From IMG/VR virus record IMGVR_UViG_3300011102_000427, positions 1-46,355 of that record: DNA of 46,355 nucleotides; one strand, given 5' to 3'. A program made the translations under genes and the position numbers. Shown here piece by piece: positions 24,776-34,480 of the stretch (position 1 is its first letter; each line of letters starts with the position of its first letter). This stretch comes from a virus. Taxonomy: Duplodnaviria > Caudoviricetes. The notes below the pieces were generated by a model. That model worked only from the letters and a program-made list of their open reading frames with translations. It was not told the origin of the DNA and searched no databases.

Positions 24776-27205
24776 ATGGCCCTCACTCCTAAGCTCTCCG
24801 GCCAGATCAAGGTCCCGGCAGAAGGCCCGCAGCCGGCTCGAATCCTCATCATCGGGGAAGCTCCTGGCAAAACCGAAGAGGAGCACGTTCGACCCTTCTG
24901 CGGAGACTCAGGCTCCGAACTCACTCGCATGCTCAACGAGGCAGGACTCCTCCGTCATGATATCCGAGTCACCAACGTCTGCAAATACCGACCACCTCAA
25001 AACAAGCTCGACCTCTGGTGGAGCACCAAGAAAAAAGCTGTCCCTGGCCTCGTCTGGCACGAAGGTCAGCAATTCGACAAAAGGGTGGTCGCGGGTCTTG
25101 AAGAGCTGGATGCCGAGATCGAGGCAACCGATCCCAACGTCATCGTGCCACTTGGAAATCTCGCCCTCTGGGCATGTACTCGAAACACTGGTATCACCAA
25201 GTGGCGTGGCAGTAGTCTGTCACGAGATGGAAGGAAAGTCATCCCGACCATCCACCCTGCTGCTATTCTTCGTACATGGAGCTGGCGGTTCCTTGCAGTT
25301 CACGACTTCCGTAAAGTTGCAAGGGAATCGCGCAGTCGCGACTACGCCCCTCGAATCGAGAATTTTACAATCCGTCCTACGTACGAACAGGCAGTTGAAA
25401 GACTGGAGTGGCTACTCGCCAGACTCGACCAAGGCGAGATGTGGCTCGCGCTCGATATTGAAACTAAATGGCGGGCGATTGCCTGCTTTGGGATTGCCTG
25501 GTCAAAGCAGGACGCGATTTCAATACCTTTCATCACTGCCGAAAACCCCTGCGGATATTTCAGTCTCGAAGAAGAGTACCGGATTGTCCAGCTCATCAAA
25601 GCGGTCACGGCTCATCGCAACGCTCGCTGCATTGGACAAAACTGGCAGTACGATTATCAGTACATCGGTCGTCATTGGTTCTTCGAGGTTAATCTTTGGC
25701 TCGACATTATGTCTGAGCACCATGTTCAGTTTCCAGGGCTACCTAAGGGTCTTGATTTTCAATCGTCCCTTTACTGTCCGGACCACATCTACTGGAAAGA
25801 CGACGGAAAAGAACAGGGTCAAGGTAGTGACAGTCAATGGTGGGAGTATAACTGCCGAGACTGTGTGCGTACCTACGAAATTGCTGAAGTCCTTATCGCA
25901 AACCGCAAAGCTCGTCCGCTGAAGGTGACCCAATATGGTAGTCCTAACGAAATCCAGCAAAGACTTTCAACACCAGTTGCGCGTGCGAGCCTTCGCGGAA
26001 TTCGCATGGACCACAAACTGCGAGACCGCCTGGCTTTTGAGCTATTTGAAAGGCAGGCTGAGCAAGAAAGATACATTGAAGAGATATTGGGCCACCCGCT
26101 TAATCCACGCTCACCGCAGCAGATGCATAAGCTGTTCTATGAGGATTTTAAGCAGCCCAAAATACTGGATCGGAAGACGCACCGCCCGACTCTTGATGCG
26201 GATGCGCTTGTCGTCATTGGTCGCAGGGAGCCAATCCTTCAACCTCTATGTGACGCTATCTCCGCGGCGAGATCACTTGCCAATCTCCGGACATTTTGTC
26301 TGCAGCCTCTGGACGTTGATGGACGCTTTCGAAGCCAGCTCACAATTCCTGGGACGGAAACTTTCCGGTTTGCCTCCTCAGCAGATCCGCTTGGATATGG
26401 AACTAACGCACAAAACATCACGTCTGGGAACGAGAAGGATACTTCTCAGCTCCTCCTGCCTAATCTGAGAAAGTTGTTCCTGCCCGATCCTGGGATGATG
26501 ATGCTGGACTTCGACCTGCCGCAGGCGGATGCGCGCTTCGTCGCCTGGGAAGCGGACGATGATGAACTCAAGGCGATCTTTGCAGATTCCTCGCGGGATA
26601 TGCATATGGAAAATGCTGAGATCATCTTCGGCCGGAAGCCTAAGGGCAAGGACGATCCAATTCGTCAGCAGGCGAAGGCCGGCGTGCACCTTACCAACTA
26701 TGGAGGAACTCCCAGGGTTCTTGCAATGACCCTTGGCATCACTGTAAATGAAGCAGAAAACTTCCAGAAGCGCTGGTTCGGCGCCCATCCCAAGATCGCA
26801 CAGTGGCACCGGAGAGTCCTTATGGAAATCTCCTCCCGGCGCTGGGTGGAGAACATCTTCGGCTACAGACGATTCTATTTTGACAGGATCGACGGCCTCC
26901 TCAAGGAAGCCCTGGCCTGGATCCCGCAATCGTCAGTTGCCGTGATGACCAACCTCGCGATCCTGAAGATCGTCGAGAACCAGGCGTGGCTGGATGAGGG
27001 AGTTCAATTCCTTCTCCAGGTACACGATTCCTCTCTTTTCCAGGTCCCGGCGTACAAGGCTCGCACGCTGGTCCCGAGGATGTTACAGGATATGACTATC
27101 ACCGCGCCATATCCAGACCCGCTGGTCATGACCCCAGGTGTCAAAGGATCGGACAAATCCTGGGGGGATTGCGGGAAGCTGGAATGGCTCGACAAGGCGG
27201 CGTAA
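24776..27205 (+). CDS. polA: Family A DNA polymerase with N-terminal uracil-DNA glycosylase-like domain
   Basis: UDG motifs GEAPG and HPAAILR; exonuclease DIET, NWQYD, YNCRD; polymerase motifs DLPQAD, RQQAKAGVHLTNYG, VHDS. Confidence 0.93.
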   Translation: MALTPKLSGQIKVPAEGPQPARILIIGEAPGKTEEEHVRPFCGDSGSELTRMLNEAGLLRHDIRVTNVCKYRPPQNKLDLWWSTKKKAVPGLVWHEGQQFDKRVVAGLEELDAEIEATDPNVIVPLGNLALWACTRNTGITKWRGSSLSRDGRKVIPTIHPAAILRTWSWRFLAVHDFRKVARESRSRDYAPRIENFTIRPTYEQAVERLEWLLARLDQGEMWLALDIETKWRAIACFGIAWSKQDAISIPFITAENPCGYFSLEEEYRIVQLIKAVTAHRNARCIGQNWQYDYQYIGRHWFFEVNLWLDIMSEHHVQFPGLPKGLDFQSSLYCPDHIYWKDDGKEQGQGSDSQWWEYNCRDCVRTYEIAEVLIANRKARPLKVTQYGSPNEIQQRLSTPVARASLRGIRMDHKLRDRLAFELFERQAEQERYIEEILGHPLNPRSPQQMHKLFYEDFKQPKILDRKTHRPTLDADALVVIGRREPILQPLCDAISAARSLANLRTFCLQPLDVDGRFRSQLTIPGTETFRFASSADPLGYGTNAQNITSGNEKDTSQLLLPNLRKLFLPDPGMMMLDFDLPQADARFVAWEADDDELKAIFADSSRDMHMENAEIIFGRKPKGKDDPIRQQAKAGVHLTNYGGTPRVLAMTLGITVNEAENFQKRWFGAHPKIAQWHRRVLMEISSRRWVENIFGYRRFYFDRIDGLLKEALAWIPQSSVAVMTNLAILKIVENQAWLDEGVQFLLQVHDSSLFQVPAYKARTLVPRMLQDMTITAPYPDPLVMTPGVKGSDKSWGDCGKLEWLDKAA

Positions 27206-27209
27206 TAAA

Positions 27210-27240
27210 CGCTACCATTAACTGATAATTAACGGTAACA
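27210..27240. promoter_or_regulatory. 31-bp palindrome, copy 4
   Basis: CGCTACCATTAA-CTGATAA-TTAACGGTAACA. Confidence 0.85.
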
Positions 27241-27246
27241 TCTTTC

Positions 27247-28440
27247 ATGACCAGTCGAGTCCTCGACCACTGGATCAAGGAGTATATCAAGTTCACATCG
27301 TCCTCTGAAGCGCCCGATAAGTTCCATTTTTGGACGGCGGTAAGCACTATCGCCGGGGCGCTTCGGAGGCGGGTGTGGATTGATATGGGCCACTTCCAGT
27401 GGGTGCCTAACTTTTACATCATCCTCGTTGCACCTCCTGGGATCGTCTCCAAATCCACTACCCTTTCTATCGGCATGAACATGCTGAAGGAATTGGAGGG
27501 GATTAAGTTCGGTCCCGACGTTGTCACCTGGCAAGCGCTTGTCCAGTCCCTTGCCGCAGCGAATGAGTTGGTCCTGATGCCGAACGGGGATTACTTCCCT
27601 ATGTCCTGCATCACAATCGCCAGCTCAGAGTTCGGCAACTTCCTCAACCCGAATGATAAGGAGTTTGTCGATGTTCTCGTTTCTCTCTGGGACGGACAGC
27701 TCGGAGTCTGGGAAAAAGCCACTAAGACTCAGGGTTCAGATCGAATTGAAAATCCCTGGATTAACATTGCAGCTTGTACCACACCTGGCTGGATTGCAGG
27801 GAATTTTCCAGAATACCTTATTGGCGGAGGGTTTACCTCCAGGTGTATCTTTGTCTACGGCCAGCATAAACGACGGCTCGTCGCTTATCCTTCGCTGGAA
27901 CTTCCTCCTGAGTTTCAGGAGATGCGGAAGAAACTTATTCATGATCTGGAAGCGATATCGCTCCTCCGAGGTTCGTTTGAACTTGCTCCTAATGCTGTTG
28001 CCTGGGGTACCGCCTGGTATGAGGAGCATTATAAGAACAAGCCTCAGCATCTCAACAACGAGAAGTTCTCGGGGTATCTCGCGCGTAAGCAGACACACAT
28101 ACACAAGCTCGCGATGGTACTTTCAGCCGCATACAAAGACGAGCTGGTCATTCTGGAAACCGACCTGAAAATGGCGGCGGAGCTCGTCACTGCTCTCGAA
28201 GCCGACATGCCTCAGGTATTTGAGCTTATCGGCGTGCAAGGGCAGGCCAAGCACTCGACCACAGTTCTTTCCTTCATGCGGTCGTACAAGCAGCTCTCCC
28301 AAAATGAGCTGTTTAAGCTTTGTTTCAACACCATGTCCTGGGATGAGTTCCAGAAAGCCCTGGTGGCGAACGTCAACAGCAGATACTTACAAATTGGCCA
28401 GGGTCCGTCAGGGGTGGTGGTGACGTATGTCGGGAACTAA
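27247..28440 (+). CDS. DUF3987-like P-loop ATPase (putative replicative helicase)
   Basis: PNFYIILVAPPGIVSKST, SSEFG, LWDG, ACTTP, GGFTSR. Confidence 0.75.
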   Translation: MTSRVLDHWIKEYIKFTSSSEAPDKFHFWTAVSTIAGALRRRVWIDMGHFQWVPNFYIILVAPPGIVSKSTTLSIGMNMLKELEGIKFGPDVVTWQALVQSLAAANELVLMPNGDYFPMSCITIASSEFGNFLNPNDKEFVDVLVSLWDGQLGVWEKATKTQGSDRIENPWINIAACTTPGWIAGNFPEYLIGGGFTSRCIFVYGQHKRRLVAYPSLELPPEFQEMRKKLIHDLEAISLLRGSFELAPNAVAWGTAWYEEHYKNKPQHLNNEKFSGYLARKQTHIHKLAMVLSAAYKDELVILETDLKMAAELVTALEADMPQVFELIGVQGQAKHSTTVLSFMRSYKQLSQNELFKLCFNTMSWDEFQKALVANVNSRYLQIGQGPSGVVVTYVGN

Positions 28441-28678
28441 AAGGCAGCCGTTGATTGAATTGCTGGCAATCGGGATGGGATACTGCTGCCCGTACCGCAT
28501 GATTCTGACGACGAAAAAAATTCGCTCTGGTCTACTCGCCAAATCCTTAGGAGTAGACCAGAGCACAGTAACGAAGTATCGTCAGAAGTTTAAGGCGGGT
28601 CGGTTCCCGCCGTGCCAGGAGTGCTCGCGGAAGCTCGCCCGCTACCGAACACTTCACCCACCTGGCGGCGAATCCTAG
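28427..28678 (+). CDS. Small HTH/Cys protein
   Basis: LAKSLGVDQSTVTKY HTH-like segment; CC and CQEC; overlaps the 3' end of the convergent giant gene. Confidence 0.55.
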   Translation: MSGTKRQPLIELLAIGMGYCCPYRMILTTKKIRSGLLAKSLGVDQSTVTKYRQKFKAGRFPPCQECSRKLARYRTLHPPGGES

Positions 28679-31600
28679 CGTACCGCTTGTCGTTGATGCC
28701 GAGGATTCCTGCCTCGGCCTGACGTTGCAGGAATTGTTCCACGCCCTGCCCAGGGTCCGTAATGGCAAACTCTGGGTAGGGCACATTTTTGTTAAAGTCC
28801 GCAATCGCCTTCAACGCATCCGCCCTGGATTCTCGATCGTCCTGCAGGAAGGATTTATTCAGCTGCGCCTGAAGAATTCGGCGGCGAGACTCGTAATACG
28901 CAATCAGAGTCTTCGACGCCATATACTCCTGCCATCCCTGCGAGACCTTGCGAGGGGTGAAGCCAAGGCCCTGCAACACGATCTCGGCAATATCCCTGGG
29001 CTCGTCCGGATCGAATTGAGCAATCGGCTCGCCGGCCCGCGAAGCCTCCTGACCCTCCGTCATCATACGGTAGGCTTTGGAGGCGTTCCTAGCAAACATG
29101 AAGGGGATCAGCTTTTCCGCGTCCTTCATGCTCGCTACGTTGCCAGAGACAGCGGCGTTTACGAGATCCAGGCCCATCGACGCGGCTGCACCGCCCGCTG
29201 CCTCGACAGCACCAGCGACCAACGACGCGCCAGCCTGGGGGCGGCCCCTCGCGGCCAGCTGCTGCTGCAGCAATTCCGTTCCTGGAATCACGTTCCCCAT
29301 ACCAACTGAAGCCGAGGTGTCGATTCGAGGAATTGGCAGGCCCAGGAGTTCCTCCATCAGACCGGCACCGAAGCTGTCCTGGGAGATGCCGTGCAGGATG
29401 TAATCCGCGACAAAGCTCGGGGAGCCCATTTCCTTCAGGAACTCTCTGGCATCCATCTGCAGGTCCGTATACGGGTCCTTGTATCCCAGTTTCTCCTTGC
29501 CCCAGGTAAGCACCCCTGACAGCAGGTCCTCGATATCCTCAGCAAACGGTAGGCCCATCAGCCCCGCGAGCATCAGCATCATCAGCCAATACCTCGTAGC
29601 GCCTGGGTCCTTCGTCGCGAAGTACAAGGAGTTCTGCCAGAACGAGGAGAACATCAGGGCAACAGACTTCTTCCCTCGTGAGAACTCCGGCCGGTTCCAG
29701 CGGGCATACTCGAAGTTCGCACTCCAGTTTGCCTCGCGCGCCGCGTACACAGCTCGGACATGGTCCCCGCTCCGTTCGAACTCCAGGCGGTAGGCCGCGA
29801 TGGCGGTGGTAAAGCGGTTTGCTTTCTCCGTAATGTGGAAGGGGAGCATCATGAATTTAGTGCTCTTATGCCACATCCGCTTTGCCTTGGATTGCAAATA
29901 CGAGCCTACGGCCAGCCCACGATCCAAGGTATTTTCCGATGCGGCAAGTGCCAGCTCCGTGGCGAAGGATTGGTCCAGCCATTGGTCATTCATCCCCTGG
30001 GTGATCATCATACCCAGGCGTTCTTTTTCCGGGAGCTGGTTCAGGGTTGGTGCCACTTTCTGCGGAAACTGCAGAGAGCTAATAATTTGCTCAGGCTTGA
30101 AGGCGATGTATTCCTTCCTACCAAATTTGTTCGTGACAATCAGTCCATCATGCCCAAGTTTCTGCAGAACCTGCTGCAGGCCCTCTGGCACGATCTCTGC
30201 CATCTCGAGAGCTTCTGCAACCTCTGGCAGAAGCAGGGTTTTATCCGTCGCAGGATTTTTCAGATTTAGATAAACCGGCCTGACATTTGCTCCAGTCCGG
30301 TAGCTAATTGGGTCATCGTTTCCTACACCTACGGCTGACGCGAGCTCTGGGTCGTCGGTAAAGTAAAATCCTTTACCATACCAGTTGGTCGCTCGAATTC
30401 GACTTTCAGAGAAGTTCTCGAAATCAGCAGTCGTACCGTGGTAAAGTTGTAGTGGTTTCCCACGCGAGTCTGTTACCTTGGAGCCTTTGAAAAGCTTGGC
30501 AAATTCAGGGTCCTCGATAGGCTTCGGGGTAAACTCAAGGGGATTCATCACGTAATCCCTCATCACCCACGGAGCCTTCGTCAGTGCCGCAACGCTCTCC
30601 GCATCCCCATACCTCACCGCCAGGTACGGGTAGACTACCTGGGGAATCTGCACAATCTGCAGCGCGGCGGACTTCACGTTCAGGCCCAGGTACGCAACCG
30701 AGATCGCTCCGCGTAGCGCGGTCCACTCGTTCGTCGGGTTCATGATGTAGGAGAAGTGGCGCGCCATCCAGTCCCGCATCATTTGCCGGCGCTGGGTGGG
30801 CTCTCCCGTCTGCCGCATCACCTGCATCTCAGCATCCATCTGCTGAATCTGCCCGAACAGTTGCGGGGAGTACTGTACCCTGGCCATATGCCCAGCAGCC
30901 ATACGCATGTACGAGGCGAAGGAGCGGATCATGTCCTCGCTGTAGCCATGGATTCCCTTCTTCTTAATCCACTGCTTGCGGAAGCTCTGAAACGGCGTCG
31001 TCGCCTCGAGCATGCGGTCGATCAGAGCAATCTGCTCCGGCGTCGCGTCCTCCCCCTTCATAGAGTTTTTCAGCGAAAGCAGCATGGAGCGGGGCATGCC
31101 TTGGATGGCAAACTCCGTATCCGACAGCACGCCTTTCGACAGTGCGGCTCGATCCCCCAAATCCTTTTGCAGCTGAGTCAAAGCGAGGTCCCGTTCCTTC
31201 TCGCTTTCGAAGGTCTGGAATGTCAGGGTTTGGCCCTTCTTAACCCTCTCCCCCTCGAACTCCATATCCTCCTTCGCCTTGGCAAAGATAGAATATCTAC
31301 CAAAGCGCATGAAGGGGAAGTACGCCGACTGCTGCATCTTGTTGAATTCAGCATTGATCTCTTCCAGCCTCGCTGCCAAGGCTTCAGGATTTTCGGCGAG
31401 CGTCTGTTGCGCATCCTTGATGACGATGGTCTTCATCATCTGGAGAACTTTATCCAGCTCCCCGCGAATCGCAAGATATACACCCGCTTCCGTTTCATCC
31501 AGGCGCTTCGAGAGTTCCTCCGTTGTATAGCGCGCTTTGTTCCGCGCTTCCTCGAACAGGACTTCAGAAATCTTCGAGGCCGACCCCTTGCCAATGCTGT

Positions 31601-34442
31601 TCAACCGCTCGATGATCTTGTTCGTTTCCGCAGTCATGTTCCGCGTAAAGGCAGCCCACTGCGTTGTTGCAGCGACATATGCCTGAAGCGGCGCGACATG
31701 CGGATTGTCCTTGGCGTTTTGCAGCAGGGTTTGTCCAAGGTCCTGAATCCAGCTCCACTTATCCAGCGCAGCCTGGAATCCCGCCCACTGATCAGGGCTG
31801 AAGCCCAGGGCGGATTTGTTGCCCTTCAGCAGGTCCAATAGGGTAACAGGCGCCTCTCCCTGCAGTTCTTCTAGCCTCGCAGAAATTCCTTGCGCACGGA
31901 GGAAGTTCTTCCAGTCAGAGTCATACACCTTTTTGTACTGATCAGGCAGCTGGTCGAAGAACTTCTTAAAGCTCTCCGCCACCTCCTTATGAAACTTGGT
32001 TTCCGGCAGGAGCTCTTGCAGCCCACCATCCAAGCTCGTCACGATCTTCGCAGTTCTTTCTGCCGCGAACTCATCGAAGGAGTAGAGGTACCGCAGGTAC
32101 TGCGCCGCTTGTGCAGGGTCCGCATATCCAGCAGAACCCGCAAGTCCTTCCTGACCGCGCCCAACCGCCTGGACAATGGAGGAGGTCTTGTTCAGATGAT
32201 GCGCCGATGCGACGGTCTCCAGGAAGAACTTGATCGGGGATTTCGCAGCGGTTTTAATCCACTGCTCATACTCCCCGAACAGAGTGAAGAAGGTATTTGC
32301 TGCATCCACATCTCCAGCCTTTGCCTTTGCAATCAGCTGGTTGAGATGCCCGGTAAGCAGGCGATGCCCGATCTCGTGGTTCAGCGTGGTGAAGAGATTC
32401 CGTCCGGCCTGGTTATTATACCACGACGCTTTCCTGGCTGTCCGGCGCATGGCCTTCAGCGCTTCCTTCGGCGTCCCCTGTCGCTTCGCCTCCTGGATCA
32501 TATCCCTCCGCAAGGTCTCATCCGTGAAAACCTTGGTTACGATATCATCCAGATCCAGGTACATCACCACAGCTGACGTCGTGGTATTTTCATCCAGGGG
32601 GATGTTATGCAATGGGATGTAGATAGCACCACTCTGAGTCTTTCGGTCCGGGAACAGTCCCGCCTCGTCAACATAGGTACCATCCGTGATTACAAACTTG
32701 TACTCCGGGCCAAACACCTGACGGAAGGCCTTAGTGTACTCTCGCACATCCTTCATAACCCGCTCGGCAATGCGAGTCTTTTTATCCAGGTCGATCTTCC
32801 ATTTCTTCGCCTGGCTCAGTCGCATCTTTGCCATCTTGATGGTGGAGGGAGAAACGCCTGGCGTCGTGAGGGCCTCCTGCAGTAGCTGTTCCGCCGCCTG
32901 CCGACCACGCTCCACGGTTTTATACTGCTCCGCGTACGGGTTGACATAGGAAACAACTACGTCTTCCGTCTTCAGCGCCTCGAGAATGGAATAGCTATTC
33001 CCCGCATCCTCGCCCCCCTTAGCGACGTTCTTCGGATGGACCCTAGGCTCTGTCGGTGTATTGTTCAGGAAATCCTGAAACTTTGGCTCGGCGTTGTAGT
33101 CCAGAGAATCCAGACGAGGAACCTGCTTCGCAGGCGCGATGAGGTTCTGCGCACCTGTCGGGGTGGTAAGGCTGATGGGGTGGGCGCCCACGGCTGCCGC
33201 TTTTGAGACTACCGAAAAGCCAGGATCTACATCTCTACCCAGTATTTCCGTGTTGTACCTTTCCCTCAGCTCCTGCCCCTTCTGCGACAGCGCCTCTTGA
33301 ATCTCAAGCCTCTCTTTGTTCAGGAAAACATAGTCCTGCAGGGGTGTGAACTGCGCGCCAGCTTCCAGCGCGTTGATGGGGTTAGTATTGACAAGCTCTT
33401 TCACTCGTGCAACATACGCATCCATCAGCGCTTGCTTTTCCTGCGCCCGGGCCTTGCCAATCAAGTACCCAGTCGTCCCGCCGATAAGCCCGCCAGTCAG
33501 TACCGCTTCCGCGACGTTTTCATTCAGCGAGCGAGTCGGGTCATACCCCGCGAGCTCCTTCGCAACCCAGTTCTCCCCCGCGGTCTGCCCGAGTTCCTGG
33601 CCGCCCTCGACGGCAAAGCCCAGAATCGCCTCGCGCTTCACCCAATCAGGCATATCGGCAAAATAGTTATTCCCCGTGACAAAGTCCTGCAGCTTTCCGC
33701 CCAGGGCTTTGTCGATCCGCTTCCACGCAAGAGCCAAGGGAATCATGTCCGTCGAGCCGATCGCTGTACCACCCAGGAGGGCAAGTACCCCCTGGTTCGC
33801 ATTCGCGTCGTTTTGCAGGGCATCTTCGTACTGGAACGTGCCACCTGCAGCGGCGCCCACCCCGCCTGCGGCCGCGACACCGCCTGTTGCAGCGAGCGCC
33901 CAGAGCTGGCCTGCTCCTTGGACAAGTGGGGACTCCATAGAGGGGATGGCATTAAGCCCGGCACGAGCTACATCCGCCACCTCCTTTGCGCCAGTAAGGA
34001 TACCTGTCATCCCTGAAGGATCGAGGAACGTGGGGACTTTCCGCCGCGCTGCTTCGAGCCAGTTGCCCGGCGCCGCCGCGGCCGCCCCCAGCATATTCCC
34101 TGCTCCCTTTGCCAGGTCTGCAAAAATGCTGAATCCCAGTGGGTCTGGAAGCATGCCTACGGTCGGATCGTAGGGCAGGTTGGTGACTGGGTCAAAGCGC
34201 TGAGAAATGCCCTCCACAGCGTCCGCCATGAACTCCTTTCTCCGCTTGCCGACCAAGGTATCGACGATAGAGAAATGAGGCTCCTGCTCCTCAGTCACCT
34301 TGTCGTCAAACCCTCCCATGTAGGGCATCCCCATTGCAGCCGGATTGTTCGGCTCGTCCGCAAGCATTGTGTTGATGTTCGCAGGACTTTGAACTGCCGG
34401 TACGCCGTTAGAGGGCTTAGGCTCGTTCCACTGGATTGGCAT
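28590..34442 (-). CDS. Giant internal virion/ejection polyvalent protein (metallopeptidase-like, PLxRFG-like and ART-like domains)
   Basis: 1950 aa, last gene of the virion operon; HEIGH...DEFAAE, YFPFMRFG, YHGT...GFYFT...DG...EY. Confidence 0.8.
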   Translation of the reverse strand: MPIQWNEPKPSNGVPAVQSPANINTMLADEPNNPAAMGMPYMGGFDDKVTEEQEPHFSIVDTLVGKRRKEFMADAVEGISQRFDPVTNLPYDPTVGMLPDPLGFSIFADLAKGAGNMLGAAAAAPGNWLEAARRKVPTFLDPSGMTGILTGAKEVADVARAGLNAIPSMESPLVQGAGQLWALAATGGVAAAGGVGAAAGGTFQYEDALQNDANANQGVLALLGGTAIGSTDMIPLALAWKRIDKALGGKLQDFVTGNNYFADMPDWVKREAILGFAVEGGQELGQTAGENWVAKELAGYDPTRSLNENVAEAVLTGGLIGGTTGYLIGKARAQEKQALMDAYVARVKELVNTNPINALEAGAQFTPLQDYVFLNKERLEIQEALSQKGQELRERYNTEILGRDVDPGFSVVSKAAAVGAHPISLTTPTGAQNLIAPAKQVPRLDSLDYNAEPKFQDFLNNTPTEPRVHPKNVAKGGEDAGNSYSILEALKTEDVVVSYVNPYAEQYKTVERGRQAAEQLLQEALTTPGVSPSTIKMAKMRLSQAKKWKIDLDKKTRIAERVMKDVREYTKAFRQVFGPEYKFVITDGTYVDEAGLFPDRKTQSGAIYIPLHNIPLDENTTTSAVVMYLDLDDIVTKVFTDETLRRDMIQEAKRQGTPKEALKAMRRTARKASWYNNQAGRNLFTTLNHEIGHRLLTGHLNQLIAKAKAGDVDAANTFFTLFGEYEQWIKTAAKSPIKFFLETVASAHHLNKTSSIVQAVGRGQEGLAGSAGYADPAQAAQYLRYLYSFDEFAAERTAKIVTSLDGGLQELLPETKFHKEVAESFKKFFDQLPDQYKKVYDSDWKNFLRAQGISARLEELQGEAPVTLLDLLKGNKSALGFSPDQWAGFQAALDKWSWIQDLGQTLLQNAKDNPHVAPLQAYVAATTQWAAFTRNMTAETNKIIERLNSIGKGSASKISEVLFEEARNKARYTTEELSKRLDETEAGVYLAIRGELDKVLQMMKTIVIKDAQQTLAENPEALAARLEEINAEFNKMQQSAYFPFMRFGRYSIFAKAKEDMEFEGERVKKGQTLTFQTFESEKERDLALTQLQKDLGDRAALSKGVLSDTEFAIQGMPRSMLLSLKNSMKGEDATPEQIALIDRMLEATTPFQSFRKQWIKKKGIHGYSEDMIRSFASYMRMAAGHMARVQYSPQLFGQIQQMDAEMQVMRQTGEPTQRRQMMRDWMARHFSYIMNPTNEWTALRGAISVAYLGLNVKSAALQIVQIPQVVYPYLAVRYGDAESVAALTKAPWVMRDYVMNPLEFTPKPIEDPEFAKLFKGSKVTDSRGKPLQLYHGTTADFENFSESRIRATNWYGKGFYFTDDPELASAVGVGNDDPISYRTGANVRPVYLNLKNPATDKTLLLPEVAEALEMAEIVPEGLQQVLQKLGHDGLIVTNKFGRKEYIAFKPEQIISSLQFPQKVAPTLNQLPEKERLGMMITQGMNDQWLDQSFATELALAASENTLDRGLAVGSYLQSKAKRMWHKSTKFMMLPFHITEKANRFTTAIAAYRLEFERSGDHVRAVYAAREANWSANFEYARWNRPEFSRGKKSVALMFSSFWQNSLYFATKDPGATRYWLMMLMLAGLMGLPFAEDIEDLLSGVLTWGKEKLGYKDPYTDLQMDAREFLKEMGSPSFVADYILHGISQDSFGAGLMEELLGLPIPRIDTSASVGMGNVIPGTELLQQQLAARGRPQAGASLVAGAVEAAGGAAASMGLDLVNAAVSGNVASMKDAEKLIPFMFARNASKAYRMMTEGQEASRAGEPIAQFDPDEPRDIAEIVLQGLGFTPRKVSQGWQEYMASKTLIAYYESRRRILQAQLNKSFLQDDRESRADALKAIADFNKNVPYPEFAITDPGQGVEQFLQRQAEAGILGINDKRYARIRRQVGEVFGSGRASASTPGTAGTDPP

Positions 34443-34445
34443 TTA

Positions 34446-34476
34446 TGCTCCCATTAATTGAAAGTTAACGGTAACG
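34446..34476. promoter_or_regulatory. 31-bp palindrome, copy 5 (spacer inverted)
   Basis: The minus strand reads CGTTACCGTTAA-CTTTCAA-TTAATGGGAGCA. Confidence 0.8.
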
Positions 34477-34480
34477 TTAA

